The notes below the pieces were generated by a model, which saw only the letters and a list, made by a program, of their open reading frames with translations, was not told the origin of the DNA and made no database searches. Below, one piece after another: positions 1 to 9,084 of a stretch of 64,000 nt of DNA (the first letter of the stretch is position 1; every line of letters begins with the position of its first letter). The stretch comes from an uncultured Spirochaetota bacterium (GTDB lineage: Bacteria; Spirochaetota; Spirochaetia; SZUA-6; Fen-1364): assembly GCA_963745235.1 (NCBI GenBank), contig CAVUXE010000009.1, positions 64,001 to 128,000 of the forward strand, given 5' to 3'. The translations under genes and the position numbers were made by a program.

Positions 1-206
1 GCGTTCTGTCCGTCAGCGACACCGACGATCTTGTGTGCATTACCTCCCAGGGCAACACGCTCAAGCTCCGGCTCTCCGAGGTTGCCACGCTCGGGAAGAC
101 CGCCATGGGCGTGCGCATCGTGAATATCACGCGGCCAGATGTGGTGGTCGGCGTGGCCCGGGTCGTCAAGGAAGAAGAGAACGGGGACGGTCCTTCCGAA
201 GGCTGA
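1..206 (+). CDS. gyrA: DNA gyrase subunit A, C-terminal fragment (5' truncated)
   Basis: Frame from base 3 reads VLSVSDTDDLVCITSQGNTLKLRLSEVATLGKTAMGVRIVN...EEENGDGPSEG*, a GyrA/ParC beta-pinwheel blade with an acidic tail; lies near parAB. Confidence 0.8.
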   Translation, partial: VLSVSDTDDLVCITSQGNTLKLRLSEVATLGKTAMGVRIVNITRPDVVVGVARVVKEEENGDGPSEG

Positions 207-235
207 GCTTCCGGCCAAAGGCATCCCAACCATTT

Positions 236-559
236 CTACTCTGTGATTTTGTACCTGCTGATCATGTCCGCAATTCGCTGGCGGATATGGGCATCCACAT
301 CATCAAAGTGACGCCTGAGAATCGGAAGAAGCTCCTCACGCAGCGCCTTGCCCCGAACCATCCACTGGTAATAGTTCCTTCCACCGTGATGATACGGACC
401 GTAGAGCTTGGAGCCGGCGATCTTCGCCTCCAGCCAGTGGAAAAGCTCCTCGTGTCTCGTGTGCATTCGCAACGTCACTTGGGGGTGAAGCCCGTCCCCG
501 CCGAAGTGGCCCTCGCCGACGAGAATACCCATGAGGAAGCCTTCTTCGAAGTCGTTCAT
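236..559 (-). CDS. Stand-alone single-motif LAGLIDADG-like protein (~107 aa)
   Basis: MNDFEEGFLMGILVGEGHF matches a LAGLIDADG helix (LxGxxxGEGxF), followed by PQVTLRM and YYQWMVRG strands; ATG at 559. Confidence 0.7.
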   Translation of the reverse strand: MNDFEEGFLMGILVGEGHFGGDGLHPQVTLRMHTRHEELFHWLEAKIAGSKLYGPYHHGGRNYYQWMVRGKALREELLPILRRHFDDVDAHIRQRIADMISRYKITE

Positions 560-565
560 TTTATC

Positions 566-594
566 GATATACAGACTTGTTGTTTCACCGTCAA
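566..594 (-). promoter_or_regulatory. Putative sigma70 promoter of the LAGLIDADG-like gene (leaderless)
   Basis: TTGACG (594-589), 17 bp spacer, TATATC (571-566), 6 nt before ATG, no SD. Confidence 0.45.
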
Positions 595-609
595 GTTGCA
601 CGTGAAACG
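594..609. promoter_or_regulatory. parS centromere-like site
   Basis: AGTTGCACGTGAAACG versus consensus TGTTNCACGTGAAACA (only terminal bases differ); extra half-site TGTTTCAC at 581-588; parAB about 4.6 kb away. Confidence 0.7.
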
Positions 610-642
610 TCAGCGTGCCTAGTAATTGACTACGGGCAGGAA

Positions 643-2181
643 ATGCCATCAAGGTTCTCTATGCTCGTCCCAGTCTATCTCCTCGTTGTGATCCTCCTGC
701 TCTTTCTGAATGGCTTTTTCGTGCTTGCGGAGTTCGCGGTAGTAAAGGTACGCCCAACGCAGATGGAGGCCCTTGCCGAAAAAGGGAACAGGCGCGCGAA
801 GCTCGTCGAGCGCATCCAAACTCACCTTGATGAGTACCTTTCCGTTTGTCAGGTGGGGATTACCCTCGCCAGCATCGGTCTTGGGTTCGTGGGGCAGCCA
901 GCGTTCGCAAGGCTGCTCGAGTCGCCGCTTCGACTGGCAGGGGTCTCTGCCGCTGGAGCCCATGTCACTTCCAATACCCTGGCTATAGCACTTGCCTACC
1001 TCGTCGTCTCGTTTCTTCATATCGTCATCGGTGAGCTGGTCCCAAAATCGGTTGCCATCAGAAAGACAGAAGGCGCCGCCCTGCTGACCGCCTACCCGAT
1101 GCTGGTCTTCCGGTACGTGTTCATCGTGCCGATCTGGGCTCTCAATTCCACGGTCAACGGGATCCTTCGGCTGTTTCGGCTTTCACCTTCAATCGGCCCG
1201 GGCATCCACAGCGAAGATGAGCTTCGGATCATTCTCGACCAGTCGCAGACGAGCGGAACGCTTTCCTTTCGCCGGCTCCTGCATCTGGAGAACGTCCTGG
1301 ACATGGGCACCCTTGTTGTCAGAAACGCCATGCGCGCCCGAAGACTCGTGAGGAGCCTCGGCGTCAACCAGACGGGGAAGGAAGTGGATGCGATCATCGC
1401 AGCCAATCGCTACTCCCGATATCCGCTGCTCGGGGATAACCCCGAGCGGCCCCTGGGCTACGTCCACATCAAGGACTTGTTTCTCGCGCAGCGCTCAGGC
1501 AGGCCCACAGATGAGCTGAAGGCGTTTGTCAGGCCCTGCTTGCTTTTCAAGGAGGAAGATTCCCTGGAGCAGCGGCTCTCCGAGATGCAGCGCAAGGCCT
1601 GCCACATGGCCCTGGTCTTCACCGCGGACGGCACGTGGAGCGGGATCCTCACACTGGAAGATGCCATCGAGGAAGTCATCGGGACCATCGAAGAGGAATA
1701 CCCGACCGAGCCCGCCATACGGCTTTCTGACCTTCTGACCCCGGAGCGCACGCTTCTGGATGTGGACGGAGACAGCATCATTTCGGCCTCGCGAAATGCG
1801 CTGGAACGAATCCAGGTGACAGCGCTTCCCGTGTCAAAAGAAGCAATCATGCTTTCGGTCGCTGAAAGGGAAAGGCTCGGGAGCAGCTACGTCGGAAGGC
1901 GGCTGGCAATCCCCCACGCCCGACTGAAGAGGCTCTCTGAGCCCATGGTGATTGTGGCTCGGCTCAAGAAGCCCATACCGGCTCCCGTTCCAGGAGAGGA
2001 CATCAACCTCATGTTCATCCTCCTGACCCCTGCGGATACGCCCCGCATCCACCAGATCCTTCTTTCTCATATCGCGGGAATCTTTGAAAGCGACTACCTG
2101 GAGGACCGGCTGGAGACGGCAACGTCATCCGCAGAGCTGCACAATGTCATCGTGACCGCGGAACAGGTTGTGCTGGGGTAG
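643..2181 (+). CDS. CNNM/DUF21 + CBS-pair (CorB/TlyC family) transporter with C-terminal PTS EIIA-like domain
   Basis: LNGFFVLAEFA, QVGITLAS, HIVIGELVPKS, YSRYP, GILTLEDAIEEVIGTIEEE; C-terminus ERERLGSSYVGRRLAIPHAR; start at 643 or 661. Confidence 0.85.
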   Translation: MPSRFSMLVPVYLLVVILLLFLNGFFVLAEFAVVKVRPTQMEALAEKGNRRAKLVERIQTHLDEYLSVCQVGITLASIGLGFVGQPAFARLLESPLRLAGVSAAGAHVTSNTLAIALAYLVVSFLHIVIGELVPKSVAIRKTEGAALLTAYPMLVFRYVFIVPIWALNSTVNGILRLFRLSPSIGPGIHSEDELRIILDQSQTSGTLSFRRLLHLENVLDMGTLVVRNAMRARRLVRSLGVNQTGKEVDAIIAANRYSRYPLLGDNPERPLGYVHIKDLFLAQRSGRPTDELKAFVRPCLLFKEEDSLEQRLSEMQRKACHMALVFTADGTWSGILTLEDAIEEVIGTIEEEYPTEPAIRLSDLLTPERTLLDVDGDSIISASRNALERIQVTALPVSKEAIMLSVAERERLGSSYVGRRLAIPHARLKRLSEPMVIVARLKKPIPAPVPGEDINLMFILLTPADTPRIHQILLSHIAGIFESDYLEDRLETATSSAELHNVIVTAEQVVLG

Positions 2182-2203
2182 CTTTCGCCGGCTGACACCC
2201 TGG

Positions 2204-2893
2204 CTACCTGAGAGCCGCCGGCAGTCCCATCGCGCTGAGCCGGCTCCGCGCCTGTTCGAGTTTCTCCCGTGAAGTTCGAGGAAGGAGAACGACCCGTGGG
2301 TCGATTGCCTTGGAGGGCTCGAAGGGCTGCACCAGAAAGAGCCTGCAGCCTCGAGCAAGCTCAGCCACGCCCGTCATATCGTCCAACGCCACGAAGGGTT
2401 CGATAAAAGTCATTCGTAGCTCATGCGGAAGCCCGGAAGAAATGACGAGCTCGACGCTTCGTCTGAGGGCGGCGGTGTCCACCGACGCTCCCGCGGCCCG
2501 CTCATACGAGTCGGGTGACGACTTGATGTCGATTGCAACATAGTCCAGGAGACCTTCGCGGCAGAGCTGATCGATCATTTCAGGGGCGCTGCCGTTGGTG
2601 TCCAACTTTATGAAGAAACCAAGCCGCCTGATTCTGCGCAGCAGGTCGGGGAGGTCTGCGTGAACAGTCGGCTCGCCTCCAGTGACCACCACTCCCTCCA
2701 GCCGCGCAACTCTGCTCGCAAGAAAAGAGAAGACCTCCGCCTCGGGGATCGGCTCGGCGTAGAGACTCGGGTCCACAAGCTCAGGGTTGTGGCAGTAGGG
2801 GCAGCGAAAGTTGCAGCCCCGCGTGAACAGGACGGCCGCCAGGCGCCCGGGAAAATCGGCAAGAGTGAGCTTTTGCAGCCCCCCAATGACCAT
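2204..2893 (-). CDS. nrdG: Anaerobic ribonucleotide reductase activating radical SAM protein
   Basis: GCNFRCPYCHNP, VVVTGGEPT, KLDTNGS; directly downstream of nrdD. Confidence 0.9.
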   Translation of the reverse strand: MVIGGLQKLTLADFPGRLAAVLFTRGCNFRCPYCHNPELVDPSLYAEPIPEAEVFSFLASRVARLEGVVVTGGEPTVHADLPDLLRRIRRLGFFIKLDTNGSAPEMIDQLCREGLLDYVAIDIKSSPDSYERAAGASVDTAALRRSVELVISSGLPHELRMTFIEPFVALDDMTGVAELARGCRLFLVQPFEPSKAIDPRVVLLPRTSREKLEQARSRLSAMGLPAALR

Positions 2894-2906
2894 CTCAGTG
2901 TCGCGG

Positions 2907-5018
2907 TTATCCCAGCTTGAAGGTCTTGCGTTCTTTGAACTCTTCAGCTTTCCCCTCATTCCACTGGTTGACCGGCCGAAGGTACCCGACGACCCGGGAA
3001 TACACTTCTGCGGACGCTCCGCAATGGGGGCAATTCTCCTGCCTGCCGGACAGGTAGCCGTGCACGGGGCAGATACTGAAGGTTGGGGTCACGGTGAAAT
3101 AGGGGAGGTGGTAACGCTCGCAGATGAGCTTCACGAGCTTCCTCACGTTGTCGGGGTTTGTGATTTCCTCACCGACGAAGAGGTGAAGAACAGTGCCGCC
3201 AGTATACTTTGTTTGAAGGTCATCCTGCAGGTCCAGGACCTCGAAGAGGTCATCCGAGTACTGCACAGGGAGCTGCGAGGAGTTCGTGTAAAACGGGAGG
3301 CGCGCACCGGCCCCTTCTTTCTCCGCGGAATCCGCGGTCTGCCCATTCCCCGAGAGGATGCCCGGGAACTTCTCCGCATCTATTCTCGCAAGGCGATACG
3401 ATGTGCCTTCCGCGGGAGTCGCCTCCAGGTTGTAGTTGTTTCCCGTCTGCTCCTGGTAGGTGAGAAGCCTGTCCCGCATGAAGTCAAGGACGCGTTGGGC
3501 GAAAAGCTGGCCCTTTTCAGCGCCGATGTTCGTGCCCAGCAGGTTGGTGCATGCCTCGTTCAGTCCGACGAGGCCGATGGTGGAAAAGTGGTTTTTCCAG
3601 TAGTGACCAAACCTCTCGCGGATCCCCCGCAGGTAGTGCTTCGTGTACGGGTAGAGGTTGTTCTCCGTGAACCTCTCCAGCACCTTTCTCTTGATCTCCA
3701 GAGAATCCCGGCCAAGGTCCATCAGGTCCGAGAGGCGCTCGAGGAACTCCCCCTCATCTGCTGACAGGTAGCCGAGGCGCGGCATGTTGATGGTCACCAC
3801 TCCGATTGACCCGGTCAGCGGGTTGGCGCCAAAAAGGCCGCCCCCGCGTTTTTCCAGTCCTCGCAGGTCCAGCCGCAGTCTGCAGCACATGGACCTTGCG
3901 TCCTCCGGCGACATGTCGGAGTTCACGAAGTTGGAGAAGTATGGGATGCCGTAGCGGGCGGTCACGCGCCAGAGGACATCGAGGACGGGGTCATCCCAGG
4001 GAAAGTCCCGCGTGATGTTGTAGGTGGGAATGGGGAACGTGAACACGCGACCCTTCGCGTCACCCTCCGAGAGAACTTCCAGGAAGGCCCGGTTGAAGAT
4101 CTCCAACTCCTGCTGAAACTCGCCGTATGTCTCTTCGCGGTACTCACCGCCGAAGATAACGGGCTTGTCCAGCATCATGGCGGGCACCCTGAGGTCCATG
4201 GTGATGTTGGTAAAGGGAGTCTGGAAGCCCACACGCGTGGGCACGTTGATGTTGAAGACGAACTCCTGCAGGGCCTGCTTCACCTCCTCGTAGCTCAGGG
4301 AGTCGAAGCGGATGAAAGGGGCAAGAAGCGTGTCGAAATGAGAGAACGCCTGCGCCCCGGCGGCTTCTCCCTGAAGCGTATAGAAGAAGTTCACTACCTG
4401 GCCGAGGGCGCTTCGCAGGTGCCTTGCGGGGCGGCTTTCAACCTTTCCCGGGGCACCAAGAAATCCCTGCATGAGCAGGTCTTCCAGGTCCCAGCCAACG
4501 CAGTACACGGAGAGGATCCCCAGGTCATGGATGTGAAAGTCCCCGTCAGTATGAGCAAGCCGGATCTCGGGAGGGTAGATCTTGTTCAGCCAGTAGATCT
4601 TGCTGATCTCGGAAGACACGTAGTTGTTCAGCCCCTGGAGCGAGTAGGCCATGTTGGAGTTCTCGTTGACCTGCCAGTCTTCCCGCTCGATGTACCTGTC
4701 GATGAGGTCCACGTCCGCACGGGAAACGATCTCCCTGATCCGTGCGTGCTGCTCACGGTAAATGATGTAGGCCTTTGCCGTGCGCTTGTATTGCGAGGAA
4801 AGAAGCACCTCCTCCACCGTGTCCTGGATCTGCTCCACGGAGGGGATTTCTCCGGGGAGCGCCTGGTGAGCCAGGTTGAGGATCCGCAGGGTCAGCCTCT
4901 GCGCCGCCTCTTCCCCGAACTCGCCGGTGGCTTCCCCGGCGCGGCTGATTGCTGCAGTGATCTTCTCAGGCCTGAAAGGGACTATGGCGCCATTCCGCTT
5001 TTTGATTGAGACAAACAC
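2907..5018 (-). CDS. nrdD: Class III anaerobic ribonucleoside-triphosphate reductase with ATP cone
   Basis: IKKRNG ATP cone, SMCCRL, EATPAEG, C-terminal CPVHGY..CPHC and YSRVVGYLRP glycyl-radical motif; GTG at 5018 with GGGAGG SD. Confidence 0.95.
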   Translation of the reverse strand: MFVSIKKRNGAIVPFRPEKITAAISRAGEATGEFGEEAAQRLTLRILNLAHQALPGEIPSVEQIQDTVEEVLLSSQYKRTAKAYIIYREQHARIREIVSRADVDLIDRYIEREDWQVNENSNMAYSLQGLNNYVSSEISKIYWLNKIYPPEIRLAHTDGDFHIHDLGILSVYCVGWDLEDLLMQGFLGAPGKVESRPARHLRSALGQVVNFFYTLQGEAAGAQAFSHFDTLLAPFIRFDSLSYEEVKQALQEFVFNINVPTRVGFQTPFTNITMDLRVPAMMLDKPVIFGGEYREETYGEFQQELEIFNRAFLEVLSEGDAKGRVFTFPIPTYNITRDFPWDDPVLDVLWRVTARYGIPYFSNFVNSDMSPEDARSMCCRLRLDLRGLEKRGGGLFGANPLTGSIGVVTINMPRLGYLSADEGEFLERLSDLMDLGRDSLEIKRKVLERFTENNLYPYTKHYLRGIRERFGHYWKNHFSTIGLVGLNEACTNLLGTNIGAEKGQLFAQRVLDFMRDRLLTYQEQTGNNYNLEATPAEGTSYRLARIDAEKFPGILSGNGQTADSAEKEGAGARLPFYTNSSQLPVQYSDDLFEVLDLQDDLQTKYTGGTVLHLFVGEEITNPDNVRKLVKLICERYHLPYFTVTPTFSICPVHGYLSGRQENCPHCGASAEVYSRVVGYLRPVNQWNEGKAEEFKERKTFKLG

Positions 5019-5202
5019 GAGTTTCCCCTCCCAAGGATTTCGTTGCGGTCGATGACCGGCCACTGGTATATCTCATGCGAACAGGCAACGCAAGCCCTGT
5101 CAGTTTTTTTTCGACGAACGGCAAAATATGGTAACGCATGTGTAGCGAAAGTTCGCCGCGTCATATTGTAAGCAGGGGTGAAAAGGAGTATTCCTGAGGG
5201 CG

Positions 5203-5958
5203 ATGGCAAAGATCATAGTTTTTGCAAACCAGAAGGGAGGAGTCGGGAAGACCACCACGGCTGTCAACCTCGGCGCTTACCTGGCAGAAGCCGGCAAGAA
5301 GGTTCTCCTTGTCGATTTCGACCCTCAGAGCAACACCTCCAGCAGCGTCGGTGCAAAGAAGGATCTCCCCGGTATCTACGAGGTCATAACAGGAAGCATC
5401 GAGCCCTCCGCCGCCATCCAGACCTGTTCGGTTCCCAATCTCTCCATCATTCCGTCCAGCATCAACCTGACGGGGGCGACTGTTGAGCTGGTGGATGAGA
5501 AGGAGCGGGAGTATTTCCTCAAACGGTCCTTGCGTACCCTCTCTCCCGGGTTCGACTACATCTTCATCGACTGTCCGCCTTCGCTGGGGCTCCTGACTTT
5601 GAACGGGCTCGTTGCGGCTGATTTCGTCATCATCCCGCTGCAGTGCGAATATTTTGCCCTCGAAGGACTGAGCCTTCTCCTCCAGACCGTCAACAGGGTG
5701 CAGAAGAGCCTGAATCCCGAGCTGAAGATTGGCGGCATCCTCTTCACCATGTACGACGTACGGACCAGGCTTGCCCACGAGATAGTCCAGGAAGTGACGG
5801 GTTATTTCAAGGACAAGGTTTTCCGCACAATCATCCCGCGCAACGTGCGGCTCAGTGAGGCCCCATCGTTTGCGAAGCCTATCAGCCAGTACGACCCGGA
5901 GTGCATCGGCGCCCGCAGCTACCAGAAGCTCGCGGAGGAGGTCCTCCTCAATGTCTAA
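5203..5958 (+). CDS. parA: Chromosome partition ATPase ParA/Soj
   Basis: NQKGGVGKTTT, DCPPSLG, IIPRNVRLSEAPS. Confidence 0.95.
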   Translation: MAKIIVFANQKGGVGKTTTAVNLGAYLAEAGKKVLLVDFDPQSNTSSSVGAKKDLPGIYEVITGSIEPSAAIQTCSVPNLSIIPSSINLTGATVELVDEKEREYFLKRSLRTLSPGFDYIFIDCPPSLGLLTLNGLVAADFVIIPLQCEYFALEGLSLLLQTVNRVQKSLNPELKIGGILFTMYDVRTRLAHEIVQEVTGYFKDKVFRTIIPRNVRLSEAPSFAKPISQYDPECIGARSYQKLAEEVLLNV

Positions 5959-6811
5959 GAAGGTCCTGGGCAAGGGAATCGGCGCCCTGCTCGGCGATGA
6001 GGGGGACGTTGATCCTTCCTTCGTGTCCGAGGTGTCGGTATCCGCCCTGAAGCCCAATCCGCAGCAGCCGCGGAAGGAGTTCGATGAGACAGCGCTTCGA
6101 GAGCTGGCGGACTCCATCCGGCAGAAAGGCGTCTTGCAGCCCATCCTTGCAGAGCCGTCGAGGGACGGAACGTACGTCATCGTGGCTGGAGAGAGACGAG
6201 TGCGCGCCGCGCGGCTGGCGGGTCTTGAGAAAGTGCCCGTCCTTGTCCGGCAGTTCAGCACCGACGAGAAGCTGGAGATTGCCCTTATTGAGAACATCCA
6301 GCGTGAGGATCTCAATCCAATCGAAGAGGCCCTGGCATACCGAAAGCTGATGGAAATAGCCGGTCTGAATCAGGAGCAGATTGCAAGCAGGGTCGGGAAG
6401 GACAGGTCGACCGTCGCGAACACCCTGCGCCTGCTCAAGCTTCCTGATGAGGCACAAGGCGCGCTGGAAAAGGGCGCCCTCAGCCCCGGTCACGCCCGCG
6501 CAATACTCTCCCTGGTCAACCCCGCAGACCAGCAGCTGCTCTTCAGGCGGATCGTGGAAAAAGGCATTTCCGTGAGAGAGGCGGAGGAGCTGGCAACTGC
6601 CTTCTCCGCTGGAAAGCGGCAGGCCGGAAAATCACGGCGCGCACAAGCAGCCTCTTCGCGCAAGGACCCGGAAGTGAGGGAGATCGAGCAGAAGCTCATA
6701 GAGAAACTCGGCACAAAGGTCGACCTCAAGGGTAACGGCAGGAAAGGGCGCATCGAGATCTCCTACTACTCCGTGGAGGATCTCGAGAGGCTCGTGGACC
6801 TCATCCTGTAG
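5951..6811 (+). CDS. parB: Chromosome partition protein ParB/Spo0J
   Basis: LGKGIGALL, PNPQQPRKEF, IVAGERRVRA, ENIQREDLNPIEEA, HTH. Confidence 0.95.
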   Translation: MSKKVLGKGIGALLGDEGDVDPSFVSEVSVSALKPNPQQPRKEFDETALRELADSIRQKGVLQPILAEPSRDGTYVIVAGERRVRAARLAGLEKVPVLVRQFSTDEKLEIALIENIQREDLNPIEEALAYRKLMEIAGLNQEQIASRVGKDRSTVANTLRLLKLPDEAQGALEKGALSPGHARAILSLVNPADQQLLFRRIVEKGISVREAEELATAFSAGKRQAGKSRRAQAASSRKDPEVREIEQKLIEKLGTKVDLKGNGRKGRIEISYYSVEDLERLVDLIL

Positions 6812-6991
6812 CTTCGCGCCGCAGGCACAGCGCCGAATCCCGTGCCGATGGGTCAGTAATTCCTCAGAGAGGCCGGTACGGTCCCCGCAAGCCATGTGGA
6901 TTGGTCTTGACGGTTGGCACGAGGGGGGTATCATAAGAGGAAAGCGTGCGCTCCTGCTGGAACAGTTTCATGGAAAATAGGAAGGCCGGTC

Positions 6992-7561
6992 GTGAAAATC
7001 CTGAAAGCTTTTCCACTGGTTGCTGTTGTCGCTCTCCTCTCCTGCGCGGGGATTCCAAAGCCAGAAAGTCCTGAGGACTCTCTGGTCGTCGGCTCTTTGG
7101 TCTTGGATTTCCCGGACGGTTTCTTCGGTTTTCCGTCGCGTACCATCGCATCCGGCATCGAATTGACCATAGTCAACACCACCCAGAACTATTCGTTTTC
7201 GGTCCGAACCGGGCCGGATGGCTACTACTCCTTTGGCAGCAACGGCCATGATTGCTTCTCCCTTGCGAGCTTTCACTATGAAGAGAAGGTGTTGTCATGG
7301 GAGAGAGTGACCCTGGAGAACAAGCTCGAAGTGCCGATAACACTGAATCCGGGAACGGTCCGCTACGTTGGGAGACTGACAATCACTTTCGCCCGTCCCC
7401 AAAGGTCAAATGTCGAGGCGGGGCGGGCAACCCTGTGGGACTACGACGCATCGATTGCTTGTGCGAACTGCAAAGGCGACATGACGGAATACATCAAGTC
7501 AATGGATCCGGAGAGCCCATGGCTTTCTCGTGACGTCGATGACCTGATGGTGATCCGTTGA
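6992..7561 (+). CDS. Hypothetical lipoprotein
   Basis: KILK, hydrophobic stretch, lipobox-like LLSC. Confidence 0.65.
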   Translation: MKILKAFPLVAVVALLSCAGIPKPESPEDSLVVGSLVLDFPDGFFGFPSRTIASGIELTIVNTTQNYSFSVRTGPDGYYSFGSNGHDCFSLASFHYEEKVLSWERVTLENKLEVPITLNPGTVRYVGRLTITFARPQRSNVEAGRATLWDYDASIACANCKGDMTEYIKSMDPESPWLSRDVDDLMVIR

Positions 7562-7579
7562 GCCGCGAAGGCTTGTGCC

Positions 7580-8221
7580 ATGAGAAAAATACTTTTCTCC
7601 CTTATCTTCCTCTCAGGCATTCTCGGCGCGCGCGCCAACGCCGGCGCCTTTTTCAATGCAACTGAGATCTGGGGCTCCATGTCCTTTGGCAGTCTCCTTT
7701 CGGGATTTCAATTGGACATGCCCCGTCAGACCCTCTCGCCGGCTCCCGACAACTGCTCAGCCATAATGCCGATGCTCGGCATCAGAAGCTACCTTGTCGG
7801 TCCCATCGGGCTCGAGGCGTCCGCAGGGTTCGGCATGACGACCGCCAACTTCAGCGGCGGGTATTCGGCCATCAGGATGTATGACTTCACCATGGTGAAC
7901 CTGGGTTTCGTTGGGAGATACGCATTCCGGTTGCCGGGCAGCAGGACCGGTTGCGCTATCCTCGCCGGGGCTGGAGCGGATTATTCTTTCCTCTCTCTTG
8001 CCGACGCGTACACCTCCCTGTTCAGCGGATTCTCCTTCTACAAGGTGCTGTCAGACATGGGGTGGTACGCAAAGACAGGCATCTCCTGGTACCCGACGCC
8101 TGGATTTTTCCTGGAGGCAGACGCCTGCTACTATTACGTCAACGCGAGGTTCGACGTCAGCGGGAAGCAGCTCGATGGGGGATACCTTCTCGCGGCCATG
8201 TCCCTGGGATTCGCCTTCTGA
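7580..8221 (+). CDS. Putative outer-membrane beta-barrel protein
   Basis: Signal peptide, aromatic-rich alternating strands, C-terminal SLGFAF. Confidence 0.6.
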   Translation: MRKILFSLIFLSGILGARANAGAFFNATEIWGSMSFGSLLSGFQLDMPRQTLSPAPDNCSAIMPMLGIRSYLVGPIGLEASAGFGMTTANFSGGYSAIRMYDFTMVNLGFVGRYAFRLPGSRTGCAILAGAGADYSFLSLADAYTSLFSGFSFYKVLSDMGWYAKTGISWYPTPGFFLEADACYYYVNARFDVSGKQLDGGYLLAAMSLGFAF

Positions 8222-8272
8222 CCGGCAGGCTTTCTATCAGACAGATCGGTCTTGCCCGAGACGCGCGTTTTG

Positions 8273-8301
8273 TTGACAAAGCCCAGGGCCGTGAGTATAG
8301 T
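8273..8301 (+). promoter_or_regulatory. sigma70 promoter of the tRNA/SRP/dnaX cluster
   Basis: TTGACA, 17 bp, TATAGT. Confidence 0.75.
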
Positions 8302-8381
8302 GGCAAATGCCAGTAAAGCGTGAAGGTGGCGACTCAGATGGGCAATTGTGGCCTGCAAGCCGTCACGCTTCCATGCGCTTG

Positions 8382-8468
8382 GGAGAGGTGTCCGAGTGGT
8401 CGAAGGAGGCGGTCTTGAAAACCGTTGAGCCGCTTGCGGTTCCGGGGGTTCGAATCCCTCCCTCTCCG
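8382..8468 (+). tRNA. tRNA-Ser(TGA)
   Basis: GGAGAGG acceptor stem, anticodon arm GCGGT-CTTGAAA-ACCGT, long variable arm, GGTTCGAATCC; CCA not encoded. Confidence 0.95.
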
Positions 8469-8565
8469 GTCACGTTTCCCTTGCCCCGCCATGCCGCTCG
8501 TGAGAGGACCAAGCTGACCCTTTTCGTGTGAACCGGGGATGCCGTCCTGGGGGGTGCTGGAAAAG

Positions 8566-8653
<88 letters not shown>

Positions 8654-8697
8654 TAGGTCGAGCAAGGTACACGGAAGTACGGAGGCGAGACCACCAT

Positions 8698-8772
8698 GTG
8701 CCCATAGCTCAGCCTGGATAGAGCATTAGACTGCGGATCTAAAGGTCGGAGGTTCGAATCCTCTTGGGCACG
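8698..8772 (+). tRNA. tRNA-Arg(GCG)
   Basis: GTGCCCA/TGGGCAC acceptor, anticodon arm TTAGA-CTGCGGA-TCTAA. Confidence 0.93.
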
Positions 8773-8774
8773 AA

Positions 8775-8965
8775 GAGCTCGGTCGCCTCCCGCGTGATGA
8801 TGCGGGGGGACGACCGCGCGTTGTTTTGGAGCCCCTCGCTCCGTCCGTGGAGCTCGGTCGGCTCTGGTACGTCACTGTACTTCGCCGACCTCGACCCATC
8901 CTGGGTTGGATGCGCGTCTGCTTGTACATCCTTGTACGCAGCCGCGCTCGCGCCGTCCTGGCGCT
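8775..8965. repeat. Cluster of short palindromic (REP-like) hairpin units in the Arg-Ser spacer
   Basis: GAGCTCGGTCG at 8775 and 8850; hairpins GCTC-CGTCCGTG-GAGC, GTAC-GTCACT-GTAC, GTAC-ATCCTT-GTAC, GCGC-CGTCCTG-GCGC. Confidence 0.65.
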
Positions 8966-8966
8966 C

Positions 8967-9053
8967 GGAGAGATGCGAGAGCGGTCGAATCGGGCGGTCT
9001 CGAAAACCGTTGAGCCGCTTGCGGCTCCGTGGGTTCGAATCCCACTCTCTCCG
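8967..9053 (+). tRNA. tRNA-Ser(CGA)
   Basis: Anticodon arm GCGGT-CTCGAAA-ACCGT, long variable arm. Confidence 0.95.
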
Positions 9054-9084
9054 CTTGCGATTTTGATGCACCATGGAGGTGCTT

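Noticed and set aside
236-559. Group I intron or intein carrying the LAGLIDADG ORF
   Set aside because: No interrupted host gene, no intein terminal residues, and no room for an intron core between the gyrA stop and the next gene
5120-5170. NrdR boxes upstream of nrdD (CAAAATATGG, CGTCATATTG)
   Set aside because: Only partial matches with atypical spacing in a shared divergent promoter; not supportable by eye
6830-6900. c-di-AMP (ydaO) riboswitch suggested by GCCGAATCCCG
   Set aside because: The remaining conserved elements are absent
6962-6980. Second parS downstream of parB (AGTTTCATGGAAAATA)
   Set aside because: Too many mismatches in the right half-site
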